A stretch of DNA of 25,798 nucleotides from a virus (taxonomy: Duplodnaviria > Caudoviricetes): positions 1-25,798 of IMG/VR virus record IMGVR_UViG_3300008255_000436. One strand, 5' to 3'. The notes beneath the pieces were generated by a model that was given only the letters and a program-made list of their open reading frames with translations, searched no databases and was not told the origin of the DNA. This document shows positions 7,619-16,605 of this stretch, in pieces. The translations under genes were made by a program, and so were the position numbers. Positions within the stretch are counted from its first letter, which is position 1; every line of letters starts with the position of its first letter.

Positions 7619-7954
7619 ATGGCGTCAGGGAGGTGTTTCGAGACGACCGTGGAGATGCTTCTGGACTTTCCCCCAGGAACATCTTGGCGAGTTGCCCACG
7701 GGATCCCGCTGAGACGTGGTGGTGAGGCAAAGGGGCTGCGCTACTGGCACGCCTGGTTGGAAAGCGACAGCGGATTCTGCATCGACGGGAACACCAAGGC
7801 GCTGATCCCCCGTGACCAGTACTACCAGTTGGGCAACATCGACCCCGACCAGGTGTGGTACTTCACGCGGCAGGAGATGGGGTTCGAGATAGCGGAACAC
7901 GAGCACTATGGTCCGTGGGTTGATGACTGGGAAGACCTAGTACAGATGGTCTAG
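7619..7954 (+). CDS. hypothetical protein, possible Cys-His-Asp (transglutaminase/papain-like) fold
   Basis: GRCF...HG...WHAWLE...CIDG. Abuts the upstream stop codon. Confidence 0.6.
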   Translation: MASGRCFETTVEMLLDFPPGTSWRVAHGIPLRRGGEAKGLRYWHAWLESDSGFCIDGNTKALIPRDQYYQLGNIDPDQVWYFTRQEMGFEIAEHEHYGPWVDDWEDLVQMV

Positions 7955-8116
7955 TTTACTTACCCTCGCATCCTTGGGTACACTTCTAATGTGATCCACT
8001 ACATGAGATCGAAGGATGTATTGATGTGTACCCCACTAACCTTTCCAACAGCAAGATCGTCCTCGCGTGGTTTCTCCTGACCTTTGGTTGGCAGATCCTC
8101 GTTCGAGGTGTTTAAA

Positions 8117-8165
8117 CGAAACCCCCTTCTCCACAGAAACTTGTAGGAAAGGGGGTTTCGCTTTC
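8117..8165 (+). terminator. intrinsic terminator-like hairpin next to GTTTAAAC
   Basis: CGAAACCCCCT 8117-8127 pairs with AGGGGGTTTCG 8150-8160, then CTTT. Confidence 0.6.
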
Positions 8166-8180
8166 CCAAAAGGCTGTCGA

Positions 8181-8312
8181 ATGAATGAAGATCTTATCCC
8201 CCGCCTACGCAAGAGGCTGTCCGTGTTCAAGACCCGAGGGCGTCGTTTTGTGCTTGTGGAGGTCAGGGAACTCGAAGAACTGCTAACCCTGATCGAAGAA
8301 ACTGAGGGATAA
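8181..8312 (+). CDS. small hypothetical protein (43 aa)
   Basis: MNEDLIPRLRKR...; fills the gap between the terminator and the next promoter. Confidence 0.45.
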   Translation: MNEDLIPRLRKRLSVFKTRGRRFVLVEVRELEELLTLIEETEG

Positions 8313-8314
8313 TC

Positions 8315-8354
8315 GCAAGTTTCCGTTGACAAGCCCTTGCGGAGGCCCTAGAGT
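8315..8354 (+). promoter_or_regulatory. leaderless promoter with GCAAG-N16-CTTGC operator
   Basis: Operator 8315-8340. TTGACA 8326-8331, 17 bp, TAGAGT 8349-8354, ATG 8362. Confidence 0.75.
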
Positions 8355-8361
8355 CCCGTAC

Positions 8362-8553
8362 ATGGACATCACACTTCGCTTCAGGGTCACCGAGATTTCC
8401 CTCGACACAGAGGACGAGGTCACCGTACTCTTGTCCCGCACCACACCAATGGGCCACCAGGAGAACCTGCGGGTGTCGCTCCCCGCCCGTCAGGGCAGGT
8501 GCGTCACCCTGGGATCCAACATCGACATGAAGATCCGACTGGACAAGGAGTAG
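8362..8553 (+). CDS. small beta-rich hypothetical protein
   Basis: Leaderless ATG and codon bias. Confidence 0.65.
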   Translation: MDITLRFRVTEISLDTEDEVTVLLSRTTPMGHQENLRVSLPARQGRCVTLGSNIDMKIRLDKE

Positions 8554-8557
8554 CACC

Positions 8558-8905
8558 GTGCCCACCAAGGCTGAGTTAGAGGTACAGATCGCCGATCTGG
8601 AGAAGAAGAACAAGGAGTTCCGAGAACTCCTTCGCGATCTTCCCGAATTGGTGCAGGGCGAAGGAAATGCCTACGCCGCTGACGTCGTCAGCCGGGTCCT
8701 CGCCGAGGAGATCGGTCCGATCTACCCGACCTACGAGGTCACGCTGGTCGTGCAGTTCCAGCGCACCTCCCAGCCCACCAAGACCGACATCGAGGGGTGG
8801 TTCGATGAGCAGTGGAGCAACGACACCATCTGCGGACTCCCGGACGAGGTCACGGGGTACGACATCATCAAGGCTGAGTCCCGCCTGGTGAAGGAAGGCA
8901 TCTGA
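8558..8905 (+). CDS. hypothetical protein with N-terminal coiled coil
   Basis: AAGGAG RBS, GTG start, TGATG overlap with the next gene. Confidence 0.75.
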   Translation: MPTKAELEVQIADLEKKNKEFRELLRDLPELVQGEGNAYAADVVSRVLAEEIGPIYPTYEVTLVVQFQRTSQPTKTDIEGWFDEQWSNDTICGLPDEVTGYDIIKAESRLVKEGI

Positions 8906-9267
8906 TGGCGCACCTCCGTGATCTCTCCGATGAAGTACGTGCCCTGTTCGCGAACAGCGCCATCATGTCGATCTGTCCGCACTGCGATGCCATCGCGGAC
9001 TGTCAGGTCGCCGGTCAGGAGGAGTCGATCCCCGGACCGGGGGATCTGGCGATCTGCTCCGGGTGCTTGAGCCTGGGGGTCTACGGGCGGTACGTCCCGC
9101 GAGACATCGAGTACAAGGGCAAGCCCGTCATCCAGGTCATGATTCACAATCCCAACCCGGAGGAGATGGATGCCTTCCTGGCCGATGAGAGGGTGAAGGT
9201 GGCGATCAACGCGATGAAGGTGGAGAGGGACATCCACAAGGTCGCCGAGAAGGTCAAGGCGGTTTAA
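8905..9267 (+). CDS. hypothetical Zn-ribbon protein
   Basis: CPHC...CSGC. The TAA stop lies inside GTTTAAAC. Confidence 0.75.
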   Translation: MAHLRDLSDEVRALFANSAIMSICPHCDAIADCQVAGQEESIPGPGDLAICSGCLSLGVYGRYVPRDIEYKGKPVIQVMIHNPNPEEMDAFLADERVKVAINAMKVERDIHKVAEKVKAV

Positions 9268-9270
9268 ACG

Positions 9271-9600
9271 ATGGGCATCCACGCCGACTGGGACGAAGCC
9301 GGGAAGTTGTACACACGCACCGACGTGTCAACGGCCTACGACGAGGGATTCCGGGAGGGAAATCGCACTGGGATCGACAAGAACGAGAGGTTCGGGTACA
9401 TCCTCATGGTATTGGGGCTGGCAGTTGTCGGCGCGATAATCGTAGGGGTCACCTACCTGCACCTCAACGACCCTCCGGGGCACAAGTGGGTGGACGTGGA
9501 CGGGCGTACCTGTGTCCAGATCCCACACCCCGACTTCTCCAGCACGTCAGAACTGACCCCGGAGTTCGTCGTCTTCTGTCAGAGAAACACACCGGAATAG
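9271..9600 (+). CDS. single-pass membrane protein
   Basis: Hydrophobic segment YILMVLGLAVVGAIIVGVTYL and two downstream Cys. Confidence 0.7.
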   Translation: MGIHADWDEAGKLYTRTDVSTAYDEGFREGNRTGIDKNERFGYILMVLGLAVVGAIIVGVTYLHLNDPPGHKWVDVDGRTCVQIPHPDFSSTSELTPEFVVFCQRNTPE

Positions 9601-9650
9601 CAAGAAATTCAACACGATCCCTTGCACAGGAGCGGGGGGAGGAGTACGGT
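9600..9650 (+). promoter_or_regulatory. leaderless promoter with GCAAG-N16-CTTGC operator
   Basis: Operator 9600-9625. TTGCAC 9622-9627, 17 bp, TACGGT 9645-9650, ATG 9657. Confidence 0.7.
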
Positions 9651-9656
9651 TACCGC

Positions 9657-10127
9657 ATGGACGAGTTCACAGTTACCAAGAAGTTGTCAGAGAGGGATTT
9701 CCTCAACCACATCGGGGAATCACTCGCACAGACCAGCATGTGGATGACCCCCTTCCGGGTCATGGAACGCGATGAGATCGCGCGTTTCGGAGAAGACGGA
9801 ATCCGGGATCTGGTCACCCAGGCCATGTCCCAGATGAACACCGACACCGATGATGCACTGCACGAGACGGTTGCCAAAATCGTCAGCACCGCGATGGTGC
9901 GTATGCAGTTGCTGGTCACCAGCATGACCCTGCTGGATCAGGACGGTGAGTCGCACCTGGAGCCACACCTCCCCACAGCGGATGAGCAGGACATCGCAGA
10001 GGCGTACACCGCGCTCATGGCGGAAGTCAAGCGTCGTGCGGAGGAGGGTGGATGTGGGAACCCCAACCACGACCACAGCGCGAATGTCGAGTCCGAGCGT
10101 GAGGTCCGGATGGGACAGTACCTCTAA
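9657..10127 (+). CDS. hypothetical helical protein
   Basis: Start reassigned to the leaderless ATG at 9657 (MDEFTVTKK). Confidence 0.75.
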   Translation: MDEFTVTKKLSERDFLNHIGESLAQTSMWMTPFRVMERDEIARFGEDGIRDLVTQAMSQMNTDTDDALHETVAKIVSTAMVRMQLLVTSMTLLDQDGESHLEPHLPTADEQDIAEAYTALMAEVKRRAEEGGCGNPNHDHSANVESEREVRMGQYL

Positions 10128-10140
10128 CTCCATCCCCGTT

Positions 10141-10175
10141 TAAACCGCCCCTACACCTAACGTGGGGGCGGTTTA
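10141..10175. terminator. hairpin overlapping GTTTAAAC
   Basis: TAAACCGCCCC pairs with GGGGCGGTTTA. Confidence 0.6.
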
Positions 10176-10242
10176 GCGTTGCCCCAGAAAGTCCCCGAGA
10201 TGGGGCTGGACAGGTGTTCGAATGCCTAGTAGCCTCAGGTGC

Positions 10243-10623
10243 ATGAGCACAACCGAAGCACCTGCCCCACCAACATCCGAACCGACCCAACAGGAACTCC
10301 TCGCGGAGTGGAACGTCAGCCACCTCTTCACGGTGGACGTCGCCACCCAGGACGAGAACGGGGAGATGACCCCCGTCTCCATCACCACCAACATCAGCGT
10401 GGTCGTCTACGCTGACTCCTTCCACAACGCGATCCACAAGGGCATCAAGGTCTTGCAACTGGACAACGTTGAACTGGAGGACTACGAAGAGAACAAGGTC
10501 GGCGTCGTGGCAGCAGTGATGCAGTCCTCCCCCGACCTCGTCCAGCCCTACGATCACCTCACGGGTGGTGAGATCCCCACCGACATCGCGGTGGAAGTCT
10601 GCGCAGAACCCAAGGACTTCTGA
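10243..10623 (+). CDS. hypothetical protein
   Basis: Promoter TGGACA 10207-10212, 17 bp, TAGCCT 10230-10235, leaderless ATG 10243. Confidence 0.75.
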   Translation: MSTTEAPAPPTSEPTQQELLAEWNVSHLFTVDVATQDENGEMTPVSITTNISVVVYADSFHNAIHKGIKVLQLDNVELEDYEENKVGVVAAVMQSSPDLVQPYDHLTGGEIPTDIAVEVCAEPKDF

Positions 10624-10871
10624 TGCGTCGGATCCTTCTGATCGTCGCCTTTCTCGTCCTTGCTGCTGGGTGTGAAGCAGTGCAGCCCTACTCCGACTTA
10701 GAGGGCGTGCCGGTCACTGACCCCGATGAGGCCATCATCCTGCGTAACGCAGACCAGTACCCCAACCTCAGCGTCCTCTGCTTCGGGGACACCGCAGTGA
10801 TCACCACCACGCGGGAAGCCGCGCCGGTCATCGATCGCGGAAGTACCTTCTGCACCAGCACACCCAACTGA
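10623..10871 (+). CDS. small lipoprotein
   Basis: Signal peptide with lipobox, MRRILLIVAFLVLAAG-C. TGATG coupling to the previous gene. Confidence 0.75.
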   Translation: MRRILLIVAFLVLAAGCEAVQPYSDLEGVPVTDPDEAIILRNADQYPNLSVLCFGDTAVITTTREAAPVIDRGSTFCTSTPN

Positions 10872-10882
10872 TCTAACAGGTC

Positions 10883-10918
10883 CAGGACCCCGCCAGACTC
10901 CGGTCAGGCGGGGTCTTG
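10883..10918 (+). terminator. hairpin terminator
   Basis: CAGGACCCCGCC...GGCGGGGTCTTG. Confidence 0.6.
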
Positions 10919-10982
10919 TCATGCGGGTAGAACGTCCAAAAAAAGTCTGGCAAACGCACGCTTTGTCCGTCACACTGGGTGC

Positions 10983-11495
10983 ATGAGCAACTCCATCGCA
11001 CAGACCCGCCGGGAGTGGATCCTCTCCCTCCGCAGCGGGGACTATCCACAGACCACAGGTCGTCTCCAGGATCCCGAGGGCTATTGCTGCCTGGGTGTCC
11101 TGGCCGAGATGACCATCGAACCAGCATGGCAGCCATGTGAGAACAACGACCCGTCCGACGACCTCTACTACCTCATCCCCGCAGCCGATGGGCTCAACCC
11201 ATGGATCGAGATGCCCCCGCCCGAGGTACTGGACTCCGTCGGGATCAGCGAAGGTGTCGCGGAGGAGTTCGCGGACTTCAACGACTCTGGTTACAACTTC
11301 CAGCAGATGGCCGCAGTGTTGGAGGACTTCTTCAACTGGGCCGTCGATGAGGGGATGGAGCCCGACGAGACGCTGTCCTACGAGGACTTCAAGGAGTGGG
11401 AGGCCAGCAAGAACCCGGAGTTCTGGGAAGAAATCGTGGCGATCAACCCCACCGCTACCAACCTCAAGCCCCGCATTCTCGCACTGGTGAACTGA
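10983..11495 (+). CDS. conserved phage protein (W..LRSG.Y.Q...YCCLGV family), function unknown
   Basis: Motif recognition. Promoter TGGCAA, 17 bp, CACACT, leaderless start. Confidence 0.8.
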   Translation: MSNSIAQTRREWILSLRSGDYPQTTGRLQDPEGYCCLGVLAEMTIEPAWQPCENNDPSDDLYYLIPAADGLNPWIEMPPPEVLDSVGISEGVAEEFADFNDSGYNFQQMAAVLEDFFNWAVDEGMEPDETLSYEDFKEWEASKNPEFWEEIVAINPTATNLKPRILALVN

Positions 11496-11500
11496 TCGTC

Positions 11501-11971
11501 ATGGATCTGTATCTCGACGTCGATGGGGTAGTGAACGCCCTTAGCAAGAACCACCCCAACACCTGGGAGCAGTGGCGGGTACAGATCGCCCACCCGGTTG
11601 ATGGAGACTTCTCAATCCGGTGGTCACCTGACATGGTCGAGCGTTTAAACGGTTTGGGCCTAAATGTGCTTTGGGTCACGACTTGGCAGCACGACGCGGA
11701 AGTCTGGATCCAGAACATGACTGGTATCGAGGCTTCCGGAGTGTTGCCACTCGACTATGAGCACTACGACCGGATGGCTAAGTTCACTGCGGTGTACCAG
11801 CACCGGTACCTCAGGGAAGGTGAACCGTTCATCTGGATTGATGACGTGGACATCCCACGGAAGGCCAAGGAAGTGTTCCCCGAAGCGCTTCTCATCCGTC
11901 CCACCGCTAACTACGGGATCACTCCGGGACACATTCGAGAAATGAGGGAGTTCATCCAACAACACACGTAG
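11501..11971 (+). CDS. HAD-superfamily phosphatase (Swiss-Army-Knife RNA-repair type)
   Basis: LYLDVDGV (DxD), WVTTW, FIWIDD. Confidence 0.8.
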   Translation: MDLYLDVDGVVNALSKNHPNTWEQWRVQIAHPVDGDFSIRWSPDMVERLNGLGLNVLWVTTWQHDAEVWIQNMTGIEASGVLPLDYEHYDRMAKFTAVYQHRYLREGEPFIWIDDVDIPRKAKEVFPEALLIRPTANYGITPGHIREMREFIQQHT

Positions 11972-11980
11972 ACTGGGTAC

Positions 11981-13042
11981 ATGTCTTCTGTTCATGGTCC
12001 ACAGTTCAGCCAACTATCCTTCCCCGGCATGAGCGCTCCTGCGAAGTCCGCAGTGGGCGCTTCTGTCGTTCCGGAACCAGGTGACGCGGGTTACGATCCC
12101 GGACCCAACGTGCAACGCACTGGACAGGTCACCGGTCAGTTGATGATGGACCTAGACACCAACATCGGCCCGTACCGCAGTGATGATGCGCTGGACCCCA
12201 AGCCGTTGGAGCACACCGAACACGGGATGGTCTATGACAGTGCCATGCCGGAACGTCACTGGTCCGTCGGTGGTGCAAACATCAACGACCCTGACGTGGT
12301 GAGCAAGTGGACCAGCGCGCCGACGCGGAAGATCAGCGCCGGGACCCCGATCTACACCGGGCAGCCTGCGGAGCACACTGCGGCCACCATCAACAGCGGG
12401 ATGGGCCAGTACGGGGGGTCGGAGTACGACAACGCGACCGAGCGCGCGTCAGCCTTCAGTGGCACCCACATCGAGATCGCGAACCAGTGGGGTGAGGTGG
12501 AGCACCGCTACGACAAGCGCGACATGAAGGACGGTCTGAAGGACAACCTGGCGCAGGCCAACGGTGACTTCCAGGCGTACCAGGCGAACTACGAGCACAA
12601 GAAGGCCAACGACGGGCAGAGCCTCGCCACCGACCGCCAGAACAGCGCATGGCAGCGGGGTTACGAGGACATCGACAATCAGCCCGCCAGCGATCTCGTG
12701 AGCACTGAGGACGTTGTTCGGGACTTCAATGACAACATGAGCCCCCAGCAGTTCGCACGTGCGGTGAAGCCGCAGCAGGCCGCAGGGCAGGCAGCAGCCG
12801 TGGACCTGGTCAAGGGACACCGTCGTCACTCCATCGACTCCATGCGCCACGAGGAGATCCAGAACAAGCCCTGGATGCTGGAGGACAGCAACGGGAAGTT
12901 GTGGGCCGTGGACGGAAACCACCGTGTTGCAGCCATGCGTACGCGCGGTGAGGGCGAGGTCGAAGCCCACGTCATGTCCACCAAGGACTGGGGTCTGGAG
13001 GGCCACGACCAGGCTCCCCAGGACGGCTGGCGGCGGATCTAA
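11981..13042 (+). CDS. protein with C-terminal ParB/Srx-like domain
   Basis: KPWML...LWAVDGNHRVAA...VEAHV. N-terminus VHGPQFSQLSFPGM. -10 TAGACT 11969-11974, leaderless. Confidence 0.7.
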   Translation: MSSVHGPQFSQLSFPGMSAPAKSAVGASVVPEPGDAGYDPGPNVQRTGQVTGQLMMDLDTNIGPYRSDDALDPKPLEHTEHGMVYDSAMPERHWSVGGANINDPDVVSKWTSAPTRKISAGTPIYTGQPAEHTAATINSGMGQYGGSEYDNATERASAFSGTHIEIANQWGEVEHRYDKRDMKDGLKDNLAQANGDFQAYQANYEHKKANDGQSLATDRQNSAWQRGYEDIDNQPASDLVSTEDVVRDFNDNMSPQQFARAVKPQQAAGQAAAVDLVKGHRRHSIDSMRHEEIQNKPWMLEDSNGKLWAVDGNHRVAAMRTRGEGEVEAHVMSTKDWGLEGHDQAPQDGWRRI

Positions 13043-13133
13043 CGCCGGTTTAAACGTCGTTAAACCAGATTCTTGAGAAATCTGGGGGGATGTCCTTGCC
13101 GCCCCCTGCCCGATCGCCTAAGGTAACCCGCAG

Positions 13134-13319
13134 ATGGCTACCAGCGAGACGACACGGGTACGGAGCACCTGGTGGTGCGAGCAGATGATGCACAACACGT
13201 GCCACCTGCACGCCATCGCGAAGAACGTCCCGTGTGCTTGCTCATGCCACGAAGCAGAAGAGCCGCCCAAGAAGGCGAACACCACCCCGCGCAAGCGACC
13301 TGTTCGCCGTAAACGGTGA
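13134..13319 (+). CDS. small Cys/His-rich protein with a basic tail
   Basis: WC....H..C...CACSCH. Promoter TTGCCG 13096-13101, 17 bp, TAAGGT 13119-13124. Confidence 0.6.
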   Translation: MATSETTRVRSTWWCEQMMHNTCHLHAIAKNVPCACSCHEAEEPPKKANTTPRKRPVRRKR

Positions 13320-13367
13320 TCGGGCAGTCCCGAACCCTGACCCCCTGACACGAGGAACCTACCTAAG

Positions 13368-13808
13368 ATGAGCAATCCCGCAGTGAACTACAAGACGATC
13401 CTCTCTCCCGAGGACATCGAGACTCGCCAGGCCATCGCCCGCGCGTTCGTGGACGAGGCGATGGAAGCCATGGATGCCTGGGTGCGGGGGGACATCCGGG
13501 AGATGGCAACCCACCTGGGTCACCTGGACGACCGGTCCTCGACCATGGCCGAGTTGGTCATGAAGGCCGCAGTCCACGGGAAGGACTACCACCTGATCGC
13601 CGATCTGGCTGGTGAGGATGTGGAGGTCGTGACCCGCACGCTCCAGGCGCAGGACTCCGTCAAGGAGGCCCTGAAGTCGGTGAAGGACCATCTCAAGGAT
13701 GCGAAGGAGAAGTCCGACGCAGGACAGTCCTCCACTGACCCGCTCCTGGACGCGATCCAGGGACTGAAGGGGCTGCTGGTGACGATCCAGGAGGCTAAGA
13801 AGCGCTAG
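13368..13808 (+). CDS. hypothetical helical protein
   Basis: GAGGA RBS and high GC3. Confidence 0.75.
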   Translation: MSNPAVNYKTILSPEDIETRQAIARAFVDEAMEAMDAWVRGDIREMATHLGHLDDRSSTMAELVMKAAVHGKDYHLIADLAGEDVEVVTRTLQAQDSVKEALKSVKDHLKDAKEKSDAGQSSTDPLLDAIQGLKGLLVTIQEAKKR

Positions 13809-13823
13809 CCGGTTTAAACGGCA

Positions 13824-13877
13824 GGGGCCTGTACGGGCTAGTCCGTCCGGAGTATTCCGGGATTCGTACAGGCCCCC
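13824..13877. terminator. long hairpin after GTTTAAAC
   Basis: GGGGCCTGTACG...CGTACAGGCCCC with inner CCGGAGTATTCCGG. Confidence 0.55.
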
Positions 13878-13925
13878 CAAACCCGCAAGAACACTGGACT
13901 ACAGCAATCACACCAACCCCCTACA

Positions 13926-13976
13926 GAAAGAAATTCTCCAAATGTCCTTGCAGACTCTTACCCGCTCCAGTAACGT
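13926..13976 (+). promoter_or_regulatory. promoter with variant operator GAAAG-N16-CTTGC
   Basis: Operator 13926-13951. TTGCAG 13948-13953, 17 bp, TAACGT 13971-13976. Confidence 0.65.
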
Positions 13977-14022
13977 GATCCTCGACGCAATCGAGAACAC
14001 GGAACAGGAAGGAGCGTCGGAC

Positions 14023-14625
14023 ATGCCGGCACTCTCGTACGAAGAGGTGGTTCGTAACTACCTCGCAGAGATCAACGACCCGGAGTCCCTGGTCGATGAG
14101 GCCGAGGTCAAGGCCGCAGAGAAGCAGTTGAAGGAGGCCAAGGACCCCATGGAGCGGATCCTGGCCCGCCAGGCGCTCCACGAGGCGCAGAACCCCCCGT
14201 CCTTCGAGGACCAGTTCATCCAGCACGCGAAGGCGTGGGCTGACAAGACCGGCATCGTCCGGGAGGTCTTCGAGGCAGAGGGCGTCAGCGCCCGTGTCCT
14301 CGACAAGGCAGGATTCGGTGGTGACCGTGGGGACAGCAAGCCCACCCACCGGGTCACCCGCGAAGAGATCATCGATCTCATCAAGTCCAAGGGAGAAGGC
14401 ACGTTCACTGTCCGTAGCATCACGGACGAGAGCGGTGCATCCCAGGCGACGGTCCGCAAGACCATCGCCTACCTTCAGGAGAACGCCACCGTCGAGGAGG
14501 CAGGTCCGGAGGAGACAGAAGAGGGGACACCCGGTCGCGCAGCCACTGCGTACCGTCTGTGCCCCGAGCCCGTCAAGGGTGGGACCGCCAAGAGGACCAC
14601 GCCCAAGAAGACGTCGGACGACTAA
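14023..14625 (+). CDS. DNA-binding protein with C-terminal winged helix-turn-helix
   Basis: TREEIIDLIK...FTVRSITDESGASQATVRKTIAYL...GRAATAYRL. GAAGGAG RBS before ATG 14023. Confidence 0.75.
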   Translation: MPALSYEEVVRNYLAEINDPESLVDEAEVKAAEKQLKEAKDPMERILARQALHEAQNPPSFEDQFIQHAKAWADKTGIVREVFEAEGVSARVLDKAGFGGDRGDSKPTHRVTREEIIDLIKSKGEGTFTVRSITDESGASQATVRKTIAYLQENATVEEAGPEETEEGTPGRAATAYRLCPEPVKGGTAKRTTPKKTSDD

Positions 14626-14676
14626 CCCGACCCCCTAGTTAGTCAACCAACACACACGCAACACGGAACAGGAGCA

Positions 14677-16212
14677 ATGCAAAACATGAGCGACACCGAC
14701 CTGATCAACGAGCCGAAGAGGCTCACGGTCCAGCAGCAGATCGACAAGGACATCCTCAGCCAGTTGGAGTTGCTGGCAGGTGGGCGCGTCTCCGATGACT
14801 CGCTGAACTTCCGGGGCACCGAGTTCGTCATCCCGGAGTCCATGACCACCACCGATGCGATCCACTTCCTGCGCAACTACCAGAGCACGCAGGAGAAGGT
14901 GATGGAGTTCTCCCGCACCTTCAACTACCGCCCGTGGGATGGTGCTGCCGCACTGGCGCGGGCGCTGAAGAAGGTGACCGGCAACGCTGCCATCGCGCAG
15001 TCCACGTTCTCCTTCTTCGGTGAGAACAAGCCGGAACTGCGCACCATCAACATCGGCCCGAACGAGACGCTTCAGGTCCCGTGGGGGATGTTCTCCATCC
15101 CGATGTGGGGTGACGAGGGCTCGCTGTACACCACCGCCTCGCTGCACCCCGACTTCGGTCTGGTGTTCGCGGTGCAGGTGCAGGCACCCCGCAAGCACCA
15201 GAAGAGCGTCGAGGGGCTGTTCCAGGCGATCGAGGCGGAACTCCGCACCGAGAGCATCTACCGGGGCCGTGCCATCGACGGGCAGACCAACGCCCAGTTC
15301 CTGGACCTCCGGGCCATCGACTCCGACCGCATCGTCTACTCCGACGACGTGATCACCCAGTTGAACGCCAACGTGTGGTCCGTGCTGGAGCACTCCACCA
15401 CCCTGCGCGAACTGGGTGTCCCCCTCAAGCGCGCTGTGCTGCTGGAGGGTCCCTACGGCACCGGGAAGACCCTCGGTGCGTTCCTGACCGCCAAGAAGGC
15501 CGAGGAGAACGGCTGGACCTTCATCTACTGCCGCCCCGGCAAGGATGACCTCCAGGAGACGCTGGCGACGGCTCGCCTGTACCAGCCCTCCGTGGTGTTC
15601 TTCGAGGACGTGGACACGGTGTCTTCGTCCGGTGACGATGACGCGGTGACCCGCCTGCTCGACATGTTCGATGGCATCCAGGCCAAGGGCACCGAGATCA
15701 TGGCGATCCTCACCACGAACCACGCCGAGCGGATCCACAAGGGCATGGTGCGCCCCGGTCGTCTCGACGCCATCATCCACATCGGTGCCCTGGACGCGCC
15801 TGGTGTGCAGCGCATGATCGAGTCCGTGGTCCCCGAGCACCTGCTGGGGCACTACGACATCGACCCGATCTACGCGGCGATGGAGGGCTACATGCCCGCG
15901 TTCGTCAAGGAGGCCGTGGAGCGTGCAGTGCGCTACAACATGGCCCGCAACAAGGGCGTTCCCACGGTGCTGGAGACGCAGGACTTCGTGGACGCGGCCA
16001 ACGGCCTGCGTGCCCAGTTCGACCTGATGCAGGCAGCCCAGGAGGGCACGCACAAGCCCGCCCTGGAAGTCGCCTACGGTGCAGCCCTGGAGGACGCCGT
16101 CCGCGACGTCCTGGACCGCACCAAGATGGTGGACCGCGATGGTGACGAGACGGGCTACGGCGCGTACTTCAACGTCGGCGAGAAGCCGCACGGGGTGACC
16201 TCGCGCGCGTAG
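14677..16212 (+). CDS. AAA+ ATPase (classical clade with SRH)
   Basis: GPYGTGKT, VFFEDVD, TTNHAERIHKGMVRPGRLD. Confidence 0.9.
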   Translation: MQNMSDTDLINEPKRLTVQQQIDKDILSQLELLAGGRVSDDSLNFRGTEFVIPESMTTTDAIHFLRNYQSTQEKVMEFSRTFNYRPWDGAAALARALKKVTGNAAIAQSTFSFFGENKPELRTINIGPNETLQVPWGMFSIPMWGDEGSLYTTASLHPDFGLVFAVQVQAPRKHQKSVEGLFQAIEAELRTESIYRGRAIDGQTNAQFLDLRAIDSDRIVYSDDVITQLNANVWSVLEHSTTLRELGVPLKRAVLLEGPYGTGKTLGAFLTAKKAEENGWTFIYCRPGKDDLQETLATARLYQPSVVFFEDVDTVSSSGDDDAVTRLLDMFDGIQAKGTEIMAILTTNHAERIHKGMVRPGRLDAIIHIGALDAPGVQRMIESVVPEHLLGHYDIDPIYAAMEGYMPAFVKEAVERAVRYNMARNKGVPTVLETQDFVDAANGLRAQFDLMQAAQEGTHKPALEVAYGAALEDAVRDVLDRTKMVDRDGDETGYGAYFNVGEKPHGVTSRA

Positions 16213-16231
16213 GGGAGCAGGCTCCTAGGTG

Positions 16232-16266
16232 GAAGGACCCCGGTTCGCCGGGGTCCTTCTGCTTTT
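16232..16266 (+). terminator. intrinsic terminator with UUCG loop
   Basis: GAAGGACCCCGG-TTCG-CCGGGGTCCTTC then TGCTTTT. Confidence 0.8.
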
Positions 16267-16283
16267 CGGATAGGATTGGATGC

Positions 16284-16553
16284 ATGACTACTTGCGCCAA
16301 CTGTTTAAACCCTGCGAAGTGGATCTCCACCCGCAAGTCACATGGTCCTGTCATCACGTGCACAACCCACCGTCCTGCTAATTGGGAAGCGTTGATGATG
16401 GTCCCCTTCAAGGAACCAGAAGAGGAGAAGCCCGTTGCGGAGGATCCAGAAGCAGAAGACAAGCCGAAGAAGACAACCACAAAGCGAACTGCCACCCCTA
16501 AGGTTTCTACCCCCCGGAGACGAAGTGCGCGCAAGACTGAAGAATCGACCTGA
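16284..16553 (+). CDS. small Zn-finger protein with acidic and basic tail
   Basis: CANC...CTTH. -10 TAGGAT 16271-16276, leaderless. Confidence 0.7.
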   Translation: MTTCANCLNPAKWISTRKSHGPVITCTTHRPANWEALMMVPFKEPEEEKPVAEDPEAEDKPKKTTTKRTATPKVSTPRRRSARKTEEST

Positions 16554-16605
16554 CCTAGAGAAGTCCTTCCAGAGGGACGTCCCTTCCGGTGACACACAGA
16601 ACTTC

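Noticed and set aside
11981-13042. ParB-like protein as the binder of GTTTAAAC (parS-like system)
   Set aside because: Only the ParB/Srx catalytic-type domain is visible, at the C-terminus, with no HTH after it and no parA nearby. The motif differs from the parS consensus GTTTCACGTGAAAC.
14635-16191. 518-aa minus-strand ORF and other long antisense ORFs (e.g. 20349-21173, 23907-24482, 12449-13006)
   Set aside because: They are shadows of high-GC3 plus-strand genes that have clear motifs, and they carry no recognisable domains.
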